From Patescibacteria group bacterium (GTDB lineage Bacteria; Patescibacteriota; Patescibacteriia; Patescibacteriales; JBAZCA01): DNA of 64,000 nt. The stretch covers positions 3,715-67,714 of the forward strand of contig JBAZUL010000002.1 in NCBI GenBank assembly GCA_041661405.1, in the 5' to 3' direction. Made by a program: the position numbers and the translations under genes. Positions 47,924-58,200 of this stretch are shown here, piece by piece (the stretch's first letter is position 1; each line of letters opens with the position of its first letter). The notes under the pieces are model-generated. The model saw only the letters and a program-made list of their open reading frames with translations, had not been told where the DNA came from and did no database searches.

Positions 47924-48859
47924 ATGGACAGAAATCTAGCTTTGGAGTTTGTCCGGGTTACTGAGGCGGCGGCTATCGCGGCGGCTAAATGGATTGGAAA
48001 AGGCGAGGGAAAAAAGGCTGACGGCGCGGCCGTGGACGAGATGCGCGACCGTTTTAACCAGATTAATTTTAAAGGCAAGGTGGTAATCGGCGAAGGCGCT
48101 AAAGACGAAGCGCCTGAGCTCTATACCGGGGAAATCGTTGGAAAAGGGAAAGGCCCGGTCATGGACTTAGCCATTGATCCTTTGGAGTGCACCGACTCGG
48201 TCGCTTTCGGGCGCTATAACGCCATTACCGTGATCACCGCCGGAGCGCCAAAATCACTCATGTCCGCGCCGGACGCTTATATGGAAAAAATAGCGGCCGG
48301 GCCCAAAGCTGCTAAAGTGATAAGGCTGGACGCGCCGGTTAAGGTGAATATTGAAAGAACCGCTAAAGCCTTAGGGAAGAAAAAGAGCGACATTACCGTC
48401 TGCATATTAGACCGGGAACGCCATGAGGATTTAATAAAAGAAGTCCGGCAAGCCGGAGCCCGGGTAAGGCTTATAACCGACGGGGATGTCGCCGGCGGAA
48501 TCGCCCCTTCCATGCCGGATACGGGGATTGACCTTCTTATGGGAATCGGATCGTCAACCGAAGCGGTTTTAGCCGCGGCGGCCATTAAAATTCTCGGCGG
48601 AGAAATTCAGGCCCGCTTTAAGCCGATAAATGAGACGAGCGAGAAGGTTATTAAAAAAGCCGGCATGTCGTTAAATAGAATTTACCGGACCGAAGATCTG
48701 GCTAAAGGAAAGCAATTAACTTTTACCGCCACCGGCGTAATAGACGGCCCGCTACTTTCCGGGGTACGGATTACCGATAACGCCATTATTACTCATTCTA
48801 TTGTCATGCGGGGCATGTCCGGGACTATCCGCTATATTACAACCCATCACCATAAATAG
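47924..48859 (+). CDS. glpX: Fructose-1,6-bisphosphatase class II
   Basis: 'RVTEAAA', 'IGEG.KDEAP', 'LDRERH', 'ITDGDV'. Confidence 0.95.
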   Translation: MDRNLALEFVRVTEAAAIAAAKWIGKGEGKKADGAAVDEMRDRFNQINFKGKVVIGEGAKDEAPELYTGEIVGKGKGPVMDLAIDPLECTDSVAFGRYNAITVITAGAPKSLMSAPDAYMEKIAAGPKAAKVIRLDAPVKVNIERTAKALGKKKSDITVCILDRERHEDLIKEVRQAGARVRLITDGDVAGGIAPSMPDTGIDLLMGIGSSTEAVLAAAAIKILGGEIQARFKPINETSEKVIKKAGMSLNRIYRTEDLAKGKQLTFTATGVIDGPLLSGVRITDNAIITHSIVMRGMSGTIRYITTHHHK

Positions 48860-48860
48860 A

Positions 48861-48982
48861 AGGACTTCCAGGTTTGGCGCATTTCTTCGTTGGCGCCTGC
48901 GATACTCACTCGTCGTAGCTTCAAGTACGCCTCGTTCCGTTTCTCGGCGCCGCCTAGAACTGCATCCAAACCTTAAAGTCCT
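48861..48982. mobile_element. 122-bp palindromic (MITE/REP-like) element, copy A
   Basis: Terminal inverted repeats aggactt...aagtcct, long bulged hairpin; same family as 58530-58693. Confidence 0.75.
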
Positions 48983-48992
48983 CAATTCTAAT

Positions 48993-50024
48993 ATGTTAGA
49001 CCCTCAAAAAATCCAAAAACTAAAAGCGACGGCCAAAGCCATGGTGGCGCCCGGAAAGGGAATATTGGCCGCTGACGAAAGTACGGCCACGATTGAAAAA
49101 CGGTTCGCTAAAATCAATGTTCCTTCAACCGAGGATAATCGCCGTCGTTACCGGGAAATGCTTTTTACTACGCCGGGACTAAATAGCCATATCAGCGGAG
49201 TAATTCTTTTTGATGAGACTTTCCGGCAGTCCGGTTCGGACGGTAGGACATTTGTGTCATTTTTAAAAGAGGTCGGAATCATGCCCGGGATTAAGGTGGA
49301 CAAAGGCTTGGACGCTATGCCGGATTCGCCGACGGAAAAAATTACCAAAGGCCTTGACGACCTTGAAGACCGGCTCAGAGAATACGCCGAACTCGGCGCC
49401 CATTTTGCCAAATGGCGGGCGGTAATAACCATTACCGATACGACCCCAACGGACGCCAATATTGAAAAAAACGCCAAAGATTTGGCCGCTTACGCTCTGG
49501 CCTGCCAGCGCGCCGGGATTGTGCCGATTGTTGAGCCGGAAGTCTTAATGGACGGCGTCCATAGCCTTAAAAGATGCGAGGAAGTAAGCGGAAAAGTCCT
49601 GGAAGCGGTCTTCCGCGAGCTGGAGGCCGTTGGAGTAGAAATGGAAGGGATTATTTTAAAGCCTAACATGGTTTTGCCAGCTAAAGAATCCGGAGAAACT
49701 GCTCATCCGGAACATGTTGCCTCAGCGACTTTAAGGATATTTAATAAGCACTTGCCGAAAAATTTGCCGGGCGTGGCTTTTCTTTCCGGCGGACAGTCGG
49801 AAATTGAAGCGACCGAAAACCTTCACGCCATAAACAAGCTCGGGCCGCACCCCTGGACACTTTCCTTTTCTTACGGCCGGGCTCTGCAGGACAGCGCCTT
49901 AAAAACCTGGGCCGGAAAAGAGGAGAACATTAAAGCCGCCCAGGAAAAGTTATTGCACCGGGCGAAGATGAAAGGTCTCGCGGCCAAAGGCGAATACGAC
50001 CGGGAATTGGATTGGAAAGAGTAA
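48993..50024 (+). CDS. Fructose-bisphosphate aldolase class I
   Basis: 'GKGILAADES', 'GIKVDKG', 'FAKWR', 'PIVEPE', 'LKPNM', 'FSYGRALQ'; start taken at ATG 48993. Confidence 0.95.
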   Translation: MLDPQKIQKLKATAKAMVAPGKGILAADESTATIEKRFAKINVPSTEDNRRRYREMLFTTPGLNSHISGVILFDETFRQSGSDGRTFVSFLKEVGIMPGIKVDKGLDAMPDSPTEKITKGLDDLEDRLREYAELGAHFAKWRAVITITDTTPTDANIEKNAKDLAAYALACQRAGIVPIVEPEVLMDGVHSLKRCEEVSGKVLEAVFRELEAVGVEMEGIILKPNMVLPAKESGETAHPEHVASATLRIFNKHLPKNLPGVAFLSGGQSEIEATENLHAINKLGPHPWTLSFSYGRALQDSALKTWAGKEENIKAAQEKLLHRAKMKGLAAKGEYDRELDWKE

Positions 50025-50037
50025 AGTTTCTGTAATG

Positions 50038-50916
50038 TTAAGCCAGTAATTTTACCAATTTTTCTTTTACGCCGGCCGGAGTAAGGCCGATGCATTGGTC
50101 ATGCTCTTCTGCCTGGCCGTATTTGTTTAAGAATTCTATTGGCACGCCGACGGTTTCTACCTGGATGGCCCGGCCGGTTAAAGTTTCCATCACTTCCGGC
50201 AAAATCGCGCCGCGGTAATAGGGCTCGCAAATGAGAATTTTACCTGAAGCAGAATTGGCTTTGAGCGTTTCTTTGTCAAAAGGCGCGACTGTCGTGTAAT
50301 AGAGAATAGTGACATTCATATCCCGAGCCGCTTCCAGAACCGGTTTAAGGCTCGGGCCGACGGCAATAACCGTGGCCTTGGAACCGGTCTTAATAATATG
50401 CGCCTGGCCGAATTTTACCGGATAACTTTCCGGATTGCTTTTTTCTGACAAACGGAAATAAGTCGGCTTTCCATCGCTATAGGCTTGGAGAAATAAGTCG
50501 TGGAATTCCTGGGCCGTTCCCGGCAAAACGATTTCCATGCCTGGGATGTGTTTTAAAATTCCGACATCGCCGGGGCAGTGGTGCGTGCATCCTAAGGCCG
50601 CGTAGTCGTAAGAGCCGCCGATAGAGATAAAGTTGCCGCCTAATTTCTGGTAGCCGAAATCCAGCTTTAACTGTTCGTAAGTCCTTTCAATTAAAAACGG
50701 GGCAATGGTGTGAAAAATCGGAGTAAAGCCGGTCATAGCGAGGCCGGCCGCCAGCCCTACCGTTGCCTGCTCCAGGATGCCGATATTATAGGCGCGGCCG
50801 GGATATTTTTTTATGGTGTCAACAAAACCTTTGACGCTTATGTCGCCGAGTAAAAGAACGGCCTTTTCGTCTTTTTCAATCACGTCTGTGATGGTGGTAA
50901 AAAATTGTTTTCTCAT
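50038..50916 (-). CDS. Transketolase, C-terminal subunit
   Basis: 'NIGILEQ', 'ERTYEQ', 'GCTHH', 'PTYFRL'. Confidence 0.9.
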   Translation of the reverse strand: MRKQFFTTITDVIEKDEKAVLLLGDISVKGFVDTIKKYPGRAYNIGILEQATVGLAAGLAMTGFTPIFHTIAPFLIERTYEQLKLDFGYQKLGGNFISIGGSYDYAALGCTHHCPGDVGILKHIPGMEIVLPGTAQEFHDLFLQAYSDGKPTYFRLSEKSNPESYPVKFGQAHIIKTGSKATVIAVGPSLKPVLEAARDMNVTILYYTTVAPFDKETLKANSASGKILICEPYYRGAILPEVMETLTGRAIQVETVGVPIEFLNKYGQAEEHDQCIGLTPAGVKEKLVKLLA

Positions 50917-50920
50917 AATT

Positions 50921-51706
50921 TTATCCCCTGTTATTTAATTCACCCAGAAATTCATCCAGCTCCTCGTCGTTCGGCATTTTATGGTGCCAGGCGAGCATGT
51001 CGCTTTCAATCTTTTTTATTCCCCGGCCTTTAACCGTATTGGCGATTATAGCTTTGGGTCTGCCGCCCGGATCTTTCATAAAAGCCTGGTAGAGCGCTTC
51101 CTGGTCATGCCCGTCAGCCTCAAAACTTTCCCAGCCGAAGGCTTTAAATTTTTCCGTAAAATCATGGACTTTAATGGCCGGGTCGGTTGAATGGTTGTAA
51201 TCAACAATGCAGGTAAGGTTGTCTAGCTTATGGTGGCCGGCGAGCAGCGCCGCTTCCCAGATAGTCCCTTCGTTTGATTCGCCGTCGCCGATAATGGTAT
51301 AGACTTTAACGTCGGATTTTTTTATTTTTTCCCCCAGGGCGACGCCGACCGCGATTGGCATGCCATGACCGAGCGAACCGGTAGAAGCTTCAACACCCGG
51401 GACTTTGTTGCAGTCCGGATGGCCGCCCAGCTTTGAGTCGTAAGCGGCGAAATTTTCAAATTCGCTAAAGTCAAAAAAGCCTTTGTTCGCGAGGATGGCA
51501 AACAGTCCGATTGAGGCGTGGCCTTTGCTTAAAATAAAGCGGTCCCGATCCGGGGCGTTGGGATTTTTCGGGTCAATCCGGAGCACCCGGTCGTAGAGCG
51601 CGAACATGATGTCAAGAATGGAAAAGGCGCTCGGAATATGGCCTTCTTTTTTTGAGTGGACGGTTTTCAGGATGATTTTTTTTAGGTCAATTATGTTTTC
51701 TTTCAT
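50921..51706 (-). CDS. Transketolase, N-terminal (TPP-binding) subunit
   Basis: 'DRFILSKGH', 'STGSLGHG', 'GDGESNEG'; start taken at ATG 51706. Confidence 0.92.
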   Translation of the reverse strand: MKENIIDLKKIILKTVHSKKEGHIPSAFSILDIMFALYDRVLRIDPKNPNAPDRDRFILSKGHASIGLFAILANKGFFDFSEFENFAAYDSKLGGHPDCNKVPGVEASTGSLGHGMPIAVGVALGEKIKKSDVKVYTIIGDGESNEGTIWEAALLAGHHKLDNLTCIVDYNHSTDPAIKVHDFTEKFKAFGWESFEADGHDQEALYQAFMKDPGGRPKAIIANTVKGRGIKKIESDMLAWHHKMPNDEELDEFLGELNNRG

Positions 51707-51719
51707 AAAATTTTTATGT

Positions 51720-52160
51720 TCAGCCAATTTTTTTTATTCTTCTTTCATGTCGGCCGCCTTCAAATTTCGTGGTAAGCCAAAGATCAATAGCTTCTTTTAC
51801 CTGGTTAAAAGAAATAAACTTAGCGCCGATTGACAAAACATTCGCGTTATTATGTTGGCGGGACAATTTAATTATTTCCAGATTATATCCGTAATACAAG
51901 GCCGCTCGCACTCCTTTTATTTTGTTGGCGGCAATAGCTTCGCCTTGTCCGCTCATACCTAAAATTATTCCTTTATCTTCCGGATTGCCGGCGCTGACTT
52001 TGGTCGCGCAAGGGATGATAAAATCAGGATAGTCGTCATTTTTATCATAAGAATGCGGTCCGCAATCCTCCACTTTATAGTCCTTTGATTTTAAATAATC
52101 CGTGATCTGATTTTTTAATTCAAACCCGGCGTGATCCGAGGCAATGTAAATGGTACTCAT
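51720..52160 (-). CDS. rpiB: Ribose-5-phosphate isomerase B
   Basis: 'ASDHAGF', 'DYPD', 'ANKIKGVRA', 'HNNAN', 'GGRHERR'. Confidence 0.93.
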   Translation of the reverse strand: MSTIYIASDHAGFELKNQITDYLKSKDYKVEDCGPHSYDKNDDYPDFIIPCATKVSAGNPEDKGIILGMSGQGEAIAANKIKGVRAALYYGYNLEIIKLSRQHNNANVLSIGAKFISFNQVKEAIDLWLTTKFEGGRHERRIKKIG

Positions 52161-52183
52161 AGCGCTTATCTTAGCATAATTAT

Positions 52184-53530
52184 TTATTTTTTTCCATTGA
52201 GCGAAGCCGCCAGTTTTTTCGCGTCCATGAGATCATCCAAAACTTTCTTTTCCACTCCTTCTTTTTTCAAAACCTCCCGAATATCCAGATCGCGATTGCT
52301 GTTTAAATCTTTTATTATCCGAGCCACTTTGTCATAGCCCAAAATCGGGGTGAGGGAAGTAAGCCGGGTGGTATTTTTCATGGCGTAATTCTCGCAGTTT
52401 TCTTTATTGGCTTTAATTCCGTCAACGCAACCCTCGGCCAATATTTTTACGCCTTTGGCAAAAAACCGGAGCGACTCAATGAGGTTATGGGCGAGGACGG
52501 ACATGAAAACGTTTAATTCCAGCTGGCCATGTTCAACCACCATAGTTACGGCGAGATCATTGCCGTAAACATGAAAAGCGATCTGGTTGATAAGCTCGGG
52601 AATAACCGGATTAACTTTGCCGGGCATGATACTGGAGCCTTTTTGCATTTCCGGCAGTTTGATTTCGTAAAAACCGCAAGTCGGGCCGCTCGCGAGAAGC
52701 CTTAAGTCGTTGGCGTTTTTAGTAATGGCCGCCAGGGTAGTTTTAATCCCGGCCGAAACATCCGAGAAAGAATCAACGTTCTGAGTAGCGTCAACCAAAT
52801 CTTCGGCCGATCGGACCGGCAGGCCGGTATTTTTTCTTAAGTGCTTTATGGTTAATTCCGTGTATTTTTTTCCCGCGTTAACTCCGGTGCCGGTCGCCGT
52901 GCCACCAATGCTTAAATCCAGCATTCCCTGGCGCACCCGGTTTAAGCGAGCCGCCCCGCGCCGGGCTACCATTTTATAGGCGTTAAATTCCTGGCCAAGG
53001 GTCATGGGAACGGCATCCTGCAGATGGGTTCGGCCGGTTTTAACAATTCCGGAAAATTCTTTAGCTTTTTTATCCAATGATTTTTCTAAAATTTTTAATG
53101 ATTCAATGCAATCTTCGGTTAATACGTAGATGGCCATTTTCAGGGCGGTAGGGAGGACGTCGTTAGTGGATTGGGAAAGGTTGACATCATTCAAATAATG
53201 GATTTTTACTTTTCCGCCGGAGAGCTCGGTTGCCAGTCCGGCAATTACTTCATTAACGTTCATGTTAATGCTCGTTCCGGCGCCGCCCTGGATAGCCGGA
53301 GTAACAAACTGGTCGTCGTAGGTTCCGGTCTGGATTTTTTTAATGGCTTTTTCAATCAGTTCGTAGCGTTCCCGGGAAATTTTTTTCAGCTCGTAGTTGG
53401 CCTGATTGGCCGCCCGCTTCACTTCAACGATTTGTTTTACCCAGTAAAGGGAAACTTTTTGCCGGGAGACATTGAAGTTTTTCAAAGCCAGTTCGGTCTG
53501 CTCGCCGTAGTACTTTTTTTGGTTTGGCAT
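52184..53530 (-). CDS. aspA: Aspartate ammonia-lyase (fumarase/aspartase superfamily)
   Basis: 'QGGAGTSINMNVNEV', 'GRTHLQDAVP', 'GSSIMPGKVNP'. Confidence 0.8.
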   Translation of the reverse strand: MPNQKKYYGEQTELALKNFNVSRQKVSLYWVKQIVEVKRAANQANYELKKISRERYELIEKAIKKIQTGTYDDQFVTPAIQGGAGTSINMNVNEVIAGLATELSGGKVKIHYLNDVNLSQSTNDVLPTALKMAIYVLTEDCIESLKILEKSLDKKAKEFSGIVKTGRTHLQDAVPMTLGQEFNAYKMVARRGAARLNRVRQGMLDLSIGGTATGTGVNAGKKYTELTIKHLRKNTGLPVRSAEDLVDATQNVDSFSDVSAGIKTTLAAITKNANDLRLLASGPTCGFYEIKLPEMQKGSSIMPGKVNPVIPELINQIAFHVYGNDLAVTMVVEHGQLELNVFMSVLAHNLIESLRFFAKGVKILAEGCVDGIKANKENCENYAMKNTTRLTSLTPILGYDKVARIIKDLNSNRDLDIREVLKKEGVEKKVLDDLMDAKKLAASLNGKK

Positions 53531-53558
53531 AGATGATATTTTTTTAAGCTATTTAAGA

Positions 53559-54154
53559 TTAGTTTTGTTCTTCATCATGTTTTTCCGGCAGTTTCTCAAA
53601 TATCCAGATAAAGGCGTTGTAATTACGCATGTTTTTTTCGTTTTCCAATAGATTCCAATCAGGATCCTCATTAAATTCTTGCAGATTTCCAATATTTATT
53701 TCATTGATCAGCTTGAATTTTTTTGTTAGCATGCCAAAATATGGTTTTGCTGTCATCGGAGTGTATAATTCAATAACTCTTAGGTGTCCACCATCTTTTA
53801 ATATCCTAAAAATTTCTTCCAGTAGTTTTTCGGTAAGGGCAGGGTATCCTATAACATTTGCTAATACTACTTCATCAGCCACATTATTTCTAACCGGAAA
53901 TTCAAAAGCTGACGACAGGGTCAGTATAATTCTATTGTTAGCGCCTGAAACTTCAGTCGCATTTTGGTCTAGCTGTTTTTTAGATCCTTTAAGCTCTTCT
54001 TCACAAATATCAATCCCAATATATTTTTGATGGTTATTTTCAAATTGTTTCTTTCTTCCGAAGTCATGATTACCGGAGACATGCCTGTGCCGATTTCTAC
54101 GGTTATTTTATTATCAAGTGTTGTTTCTTTTTTTTCTACGATTCTTTCTAACAT
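53559..54154 (-). pseudogene. Frameshifted class I SAM-dependent methyltransferase
   Basis: 'VEIGTG' in one frame continues as 'KYIGIDI...ADEVVLANV...EIFRILKDGG' in another; shift near 54030; AT-rich. Confidence 0.7.
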
Positions 54155-54158
54155 ATTT

Positions 54159-55076
54159 TTAGGTAGTCAGCGCTTTATGCAGTAAGGCCATGCGGACGTA
54201 AAGGCCGTTTTTGGCCTGGCGAAAATAAGCGGCGCGGGAATCGGCGTCTACGGCCGGGTCAATTTCGTAGATTCGGGGCATGACATGCAAAATTATGGAC
54301 TTGGCTTTCATTCGGTTTACCATGGCCTGATCTATGAACAGGGATTTTTTCAGCCTTTCGTATTCAGCCGGATCGGAAAAGCGCTCTTTAAAAACCCGTG
54401 TAACGTATAAGACATCCAGCTGGCCGATTATCCGGTCAATGTTTTCCAGTTCTTCGTATTTAATTCCAGCCCGATCCAGCTGATCTTTGTATTCGTTCGG
54501 CAGGCGCAGTTCCGGCGGGGAAACAAAGAATAATTCAATTTTTTTAAACAAAGGGAAGAGAGGGATTAAAGAGTGGATATTCCTTTGGTAGCGGAAGTCC
54601 GCGAGAAAAGCTATTTTCAGGCCGTCAATTTTTCCGAGTTCTTTTTCAATCGTGTATAAATCATACAAGGCCTGGGTCGGATGTTCGTTATAGCCGTCGC
54701 CGCCGTTAATAATCGGAACAGTGGAAACTTTAGCCGCGGTTTCGGCCGCGCCATTTTCCGGGTGGCGCAATACAATGGCATCGCAGTAGCCGGAAACCAC
54801 CTTAATCGTGTCAGTAAGACTTTCGCCCTTAGAAGCCGAAGATGCGGCCGCGTTGGCCGTTGAAAGGACGTTAGCGCCGAGCTTAAAAGCGGCGGATTCA
54901 AAAGACAGCCGGGTGCGGGTGGAGGATTCGTAAAAAAGCGTGGCGACGATTTTTCCAGCGCAGTCTTTTTTTATCGCGCCAATTTCGTCCAGCTTTTGGA
55001 ACTTCGCGGCTTTAACGAAGATTTCTTTTAATAATTTTTTGTCGGCGAACTGGGGGCCGTTTAGAACGTGAAACAT
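54159..55076 (-). CDS. pyrB: Aspartate carbamoyltransferase
   Basis: 'FYESSTRTRLSF', 'KGESLTDT', 'HPTQAL', 'YFRQAKNG'; start taken at ATG 55076. Confidence 0.95.
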   Translation of the reverse strand: MFHVLNGPQFADKKLLKEIFVKAAKFQKLDEIGAIKKDCAGKIVATLFYESSTRTRLSFESAAFKLGANVLSTANAAASSASKGESLTDTIKVVSGYCDAIVLRHPENGAAETAAKVSTVPIINGGDGYNEHPTQALYDLYTIEKELGKIDGLKIAFLADFRYQRNIHSLIPLFPLFKKIELFFVSPPELRLPNEYKDQLDRAGIKYEELENIDRIIGQLDVLYVTRVFKERFSDPAEYERLKKSLFIDQAMVNRMKAKSIILHVMPRIYEIDPAVDADSRAAYFRQAKNGLYVRMALLHKALTT

Positions 55077-55084
55077 ATAGATAA

Positions 55085-55212
55085 TTTCCAATTCCTAATT
55101 TCTAATTTCCAATAAAATGTCTAATTTTTAATGTCCAAAAAAACAAAATTTAATTTTTTACATTGGACACTTGGACTTTCATTGGTAATTAGTAATTGGA
55201 AATTAGATATTC
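55085..55212. repeat. Inverted array of degenerate heptamer repeats
   Basis: tt(t/c)c(c/t)aa-type units followed by their reverse complements (ttggtaa/ttagtaa/ttggaaa). Confidence 0.7.
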
Positions 55213-55227
55213 AAATAAGATTTAAAA

Positions 55228-58200
55228 TTATATATCCATCTTACCCTTAGGCATATACTCCCGCCAGGACTTAATTTCCAGGTCGTCAAGCGATTTTTCG
55301 GTAAGGGCTTTTATAAAGGAGCGGGCTAATTGCAAATCCGTAAAAAGCGGGATATGCGAATCAACCGCGGCTCGGCGGATAAGATAGCCGTCGGTAACTT
55401 CGCCGCCGACTTTTTTTACTTTTTCGCCGTTCTGTTCGCTCAGGTTAATAACAAAGGCGACTTTTTTTTCATTGATCAGGTCAATGACACTGGGCATCTT
55501 TCCGTCGTTCAGTTTGTAAACTATTTCAGCCGGAATCTCGCGCTCTTTTAAGAAATCATAAGTCGCGCCGGTGGCGTAGAGTTTATAGCCGGCGTCGGAG
55601 AGGAGTTTAGTAGCTTCAAAAAGCCTGCGTTTATTAACCGGGCCGCCGAGAGTTAAAAGGGCGGATTTTTTTTCAGTCAGGTTGTTGGAAGCGAGAATGG
55701 CTTTTAAGAGGGCTTCGCCGAGATCAGCGCCGAAAGCGGCGACTTCGCCGGTTGAAGACATCTCAACTTTTAAGACCGGGTCGGCGCCAGCGAGGCGGGC
55801 AAAAGAAAACTGGGGCGATTTTACGGCTACGTGATCCGGATAAGAAAGCCGAACCGGCGATCCTTTCTTGTAAAAAGAGTCAACAATCAGGCGGGCGAAA
55901 TTAACTCCCGAGGCTTTTGAAATAAAAGGCAGGGTGCGGCTCGCGCGCAAATTTATTTCTATAACGTAAACTTTGTTTTCTTTAACGAGAAACTGAATAT
56001 TATACGGGCCGGTGATGTTTAAGGATTTGGCCAGCTTGCGGCTCGTACTTTTTATTTCTTCCTCGGTTGAAGAAAAGACTTTTTGAGTCGGGTATGCGAT
56101 AGTGGCGTCGCCGGAGTGGACGCCGGCGTTTTCCAGGTGTTCGGAAATTGCGTAAACGAGCGTAACCCCGTCCTGAGCCACGGCGTCGTATTCTATCTCT
56201 TTGGCGTTAACCATGAATTTTGACACGGTAACCGAATATTTTTTCGCCGTGAGCCCCAAGGCTTTTTCCACGAAATTTTCAATGTCAGCGTCGTTAAAGC
56301 AAACGCTCATGGCCGAGCCGGAAAGGACATAAGACGGCCGGACGAGAACCGGATAATCCACCTTGGCGGCGAAAGTTTTCGCTTCGGCGATTGAAGCGCA
56401 ATTGGCCCATTCGGGCTGGGGGATGGAAAGCTCGTCGCAGAGCGCGGAAAATTTTCCCCGGTCTTCGGCCCGGTTTATGTTTTCGGGCGCGGTGCCTAAG
56501 ATTGGCACTTTATTTTCATGGAGTTTTCCCGCGAGATTATTCGGGCGCTGGCCGCCGACGGAGATCGCGACGCCGCCGGATTTTTCAAAATCATAAATGT
56601 CCAGCACGGTTTCAAGATTCAGGTCTTCAAAGTAAAGCCGGTCAGACATGTCATAATCGGTAGAAACGGTTTCCGGATTACAGTTGACGATGATTGATTT
56701 TTTCCGGTATTTCTTTAAAGAAAGGGCGGTATTGACGCAGGACCAGTCAAACTCAACCGAAGAGCCGATATGGTAAGGGCCGGAGCCTAAAACCATGACC
56801 GAGTTTTTGCCGAGCGGTTTAACGTCATTATGCGAGCCGTGGTAAGTAAGATAAAGGTAGTTGGTTTTGGCCGGCGCTTCGCCCGCCAGAGTATCAATCT
56901 GGAAAACCGAAGGCGTTATTTTCAGTTTTTTTCTTAAGTACCGGACTTCGGCTTCGGTTTTTCCCGCGAGCTTGCCGATAATTTTATCCGAAATTCCAGC
57001 TTGCTTGGATTTTAAGAGGCTCTCTTTATCAAGTTTTTTCTTTTCGCCGAGTTCTTTTTCAATCTCTACGATATTTTTCAGGCGATAAAGGAACCAGGGG
57101 TCAATGCCGGTCATCTCATGAATTTTCTCCGCGTCCATCCCGCGCTTAAAGCCTTCAGCTAAAGCGAAAATTCTTTTCGGGGTCGGGATTTTAATCCATC
57201 TTTCCAGATCAGGCGTTGCCGTATTAAAACCGGCGTAAGAGATGCCCCGGGCTTTTGAAGCGAGCATGCGCACGGCCTTCTGCAAGGCTTCTTCAAAGGA
57301 GCGGCCGATAGCCATCACTTCGCCGACCGATTTCATGGCCGAACCGATAGTTTCTTCGGCGCCGGAAAATTTTTCTAAATCCCAGCGCGGAATTTTTACG
57401 GCGACGTAATCAAGAGCCGGTTCAAAAAAGCTCTGCGTAATTTTGGTCACCTGGTTTTTAACTTTGTTCAGGGTGATGCCGAGCGCCAGTTTGGCGGCGA
57501 CGTAAGCTAAAGGGTAGCCCGTGGCCTTGGATGCCAATGCCGATGAACGCGAAAGTCTGGCGTTTACCTCTATGACATAATATTCAATTTTTGTATTTAG
57601 TATTTTGTATTTTGTATTTTGTATTTGTTCTTGATTTTGTCCCTTACTTTGCATGAGATCAGTATTCGGATTTTTCGGTTTTGGGTTTAGAGCAAATTGA
57701 ACATTACACTCGCCCACGATGCCAAGACTTTGGACTATTTTAATAGAGATCTGTCTTAGAGCGTGATACTCGTCATTAGTTAAAGTCTGCGAAGGCGCGA
57801 CCACTATGGATTCGCCGGTATGGATGCCCAAAGGATCCATGTTTTCCATATTGCAGACCGTAACGCAGTTGCCGGCCGAGTCGCGAACCACTTCGTACTC
57901 AATTTCTTTGAAATGATGGAGATATTTTTCAACTAAAACTTGCGGAGAGACAGCCAGAGCGGCGGAAACAATTTCAATAAGCTGTTTTTCATCATAAGCC
58001 ACGCCGGATTTTTGTCCGCCCAAAGTAAAGGCGGCCCGAACCATCACCGGATAGCTGATTTTTTCGGCTATGGCTTTTGCCTGTTCCAGTGTTCCGCAGG
58101 CTTCGCTCGGAGGCACGCTTACATTCATGCCGCGCAGATGGTCGGCGAATTTTTGCCGGTCTTCGGTAAGCTCAATAGCCGAAACCGGGGTGCCTAAAAC

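Noticed and set aside
48801-48992. 64-aa N-terminal extension of the aldolase in the ORF track
   Set aside because: It overlaps the end of glpX and is a read-through of the palindromic element; aldolase similarity starts at ATG 48993
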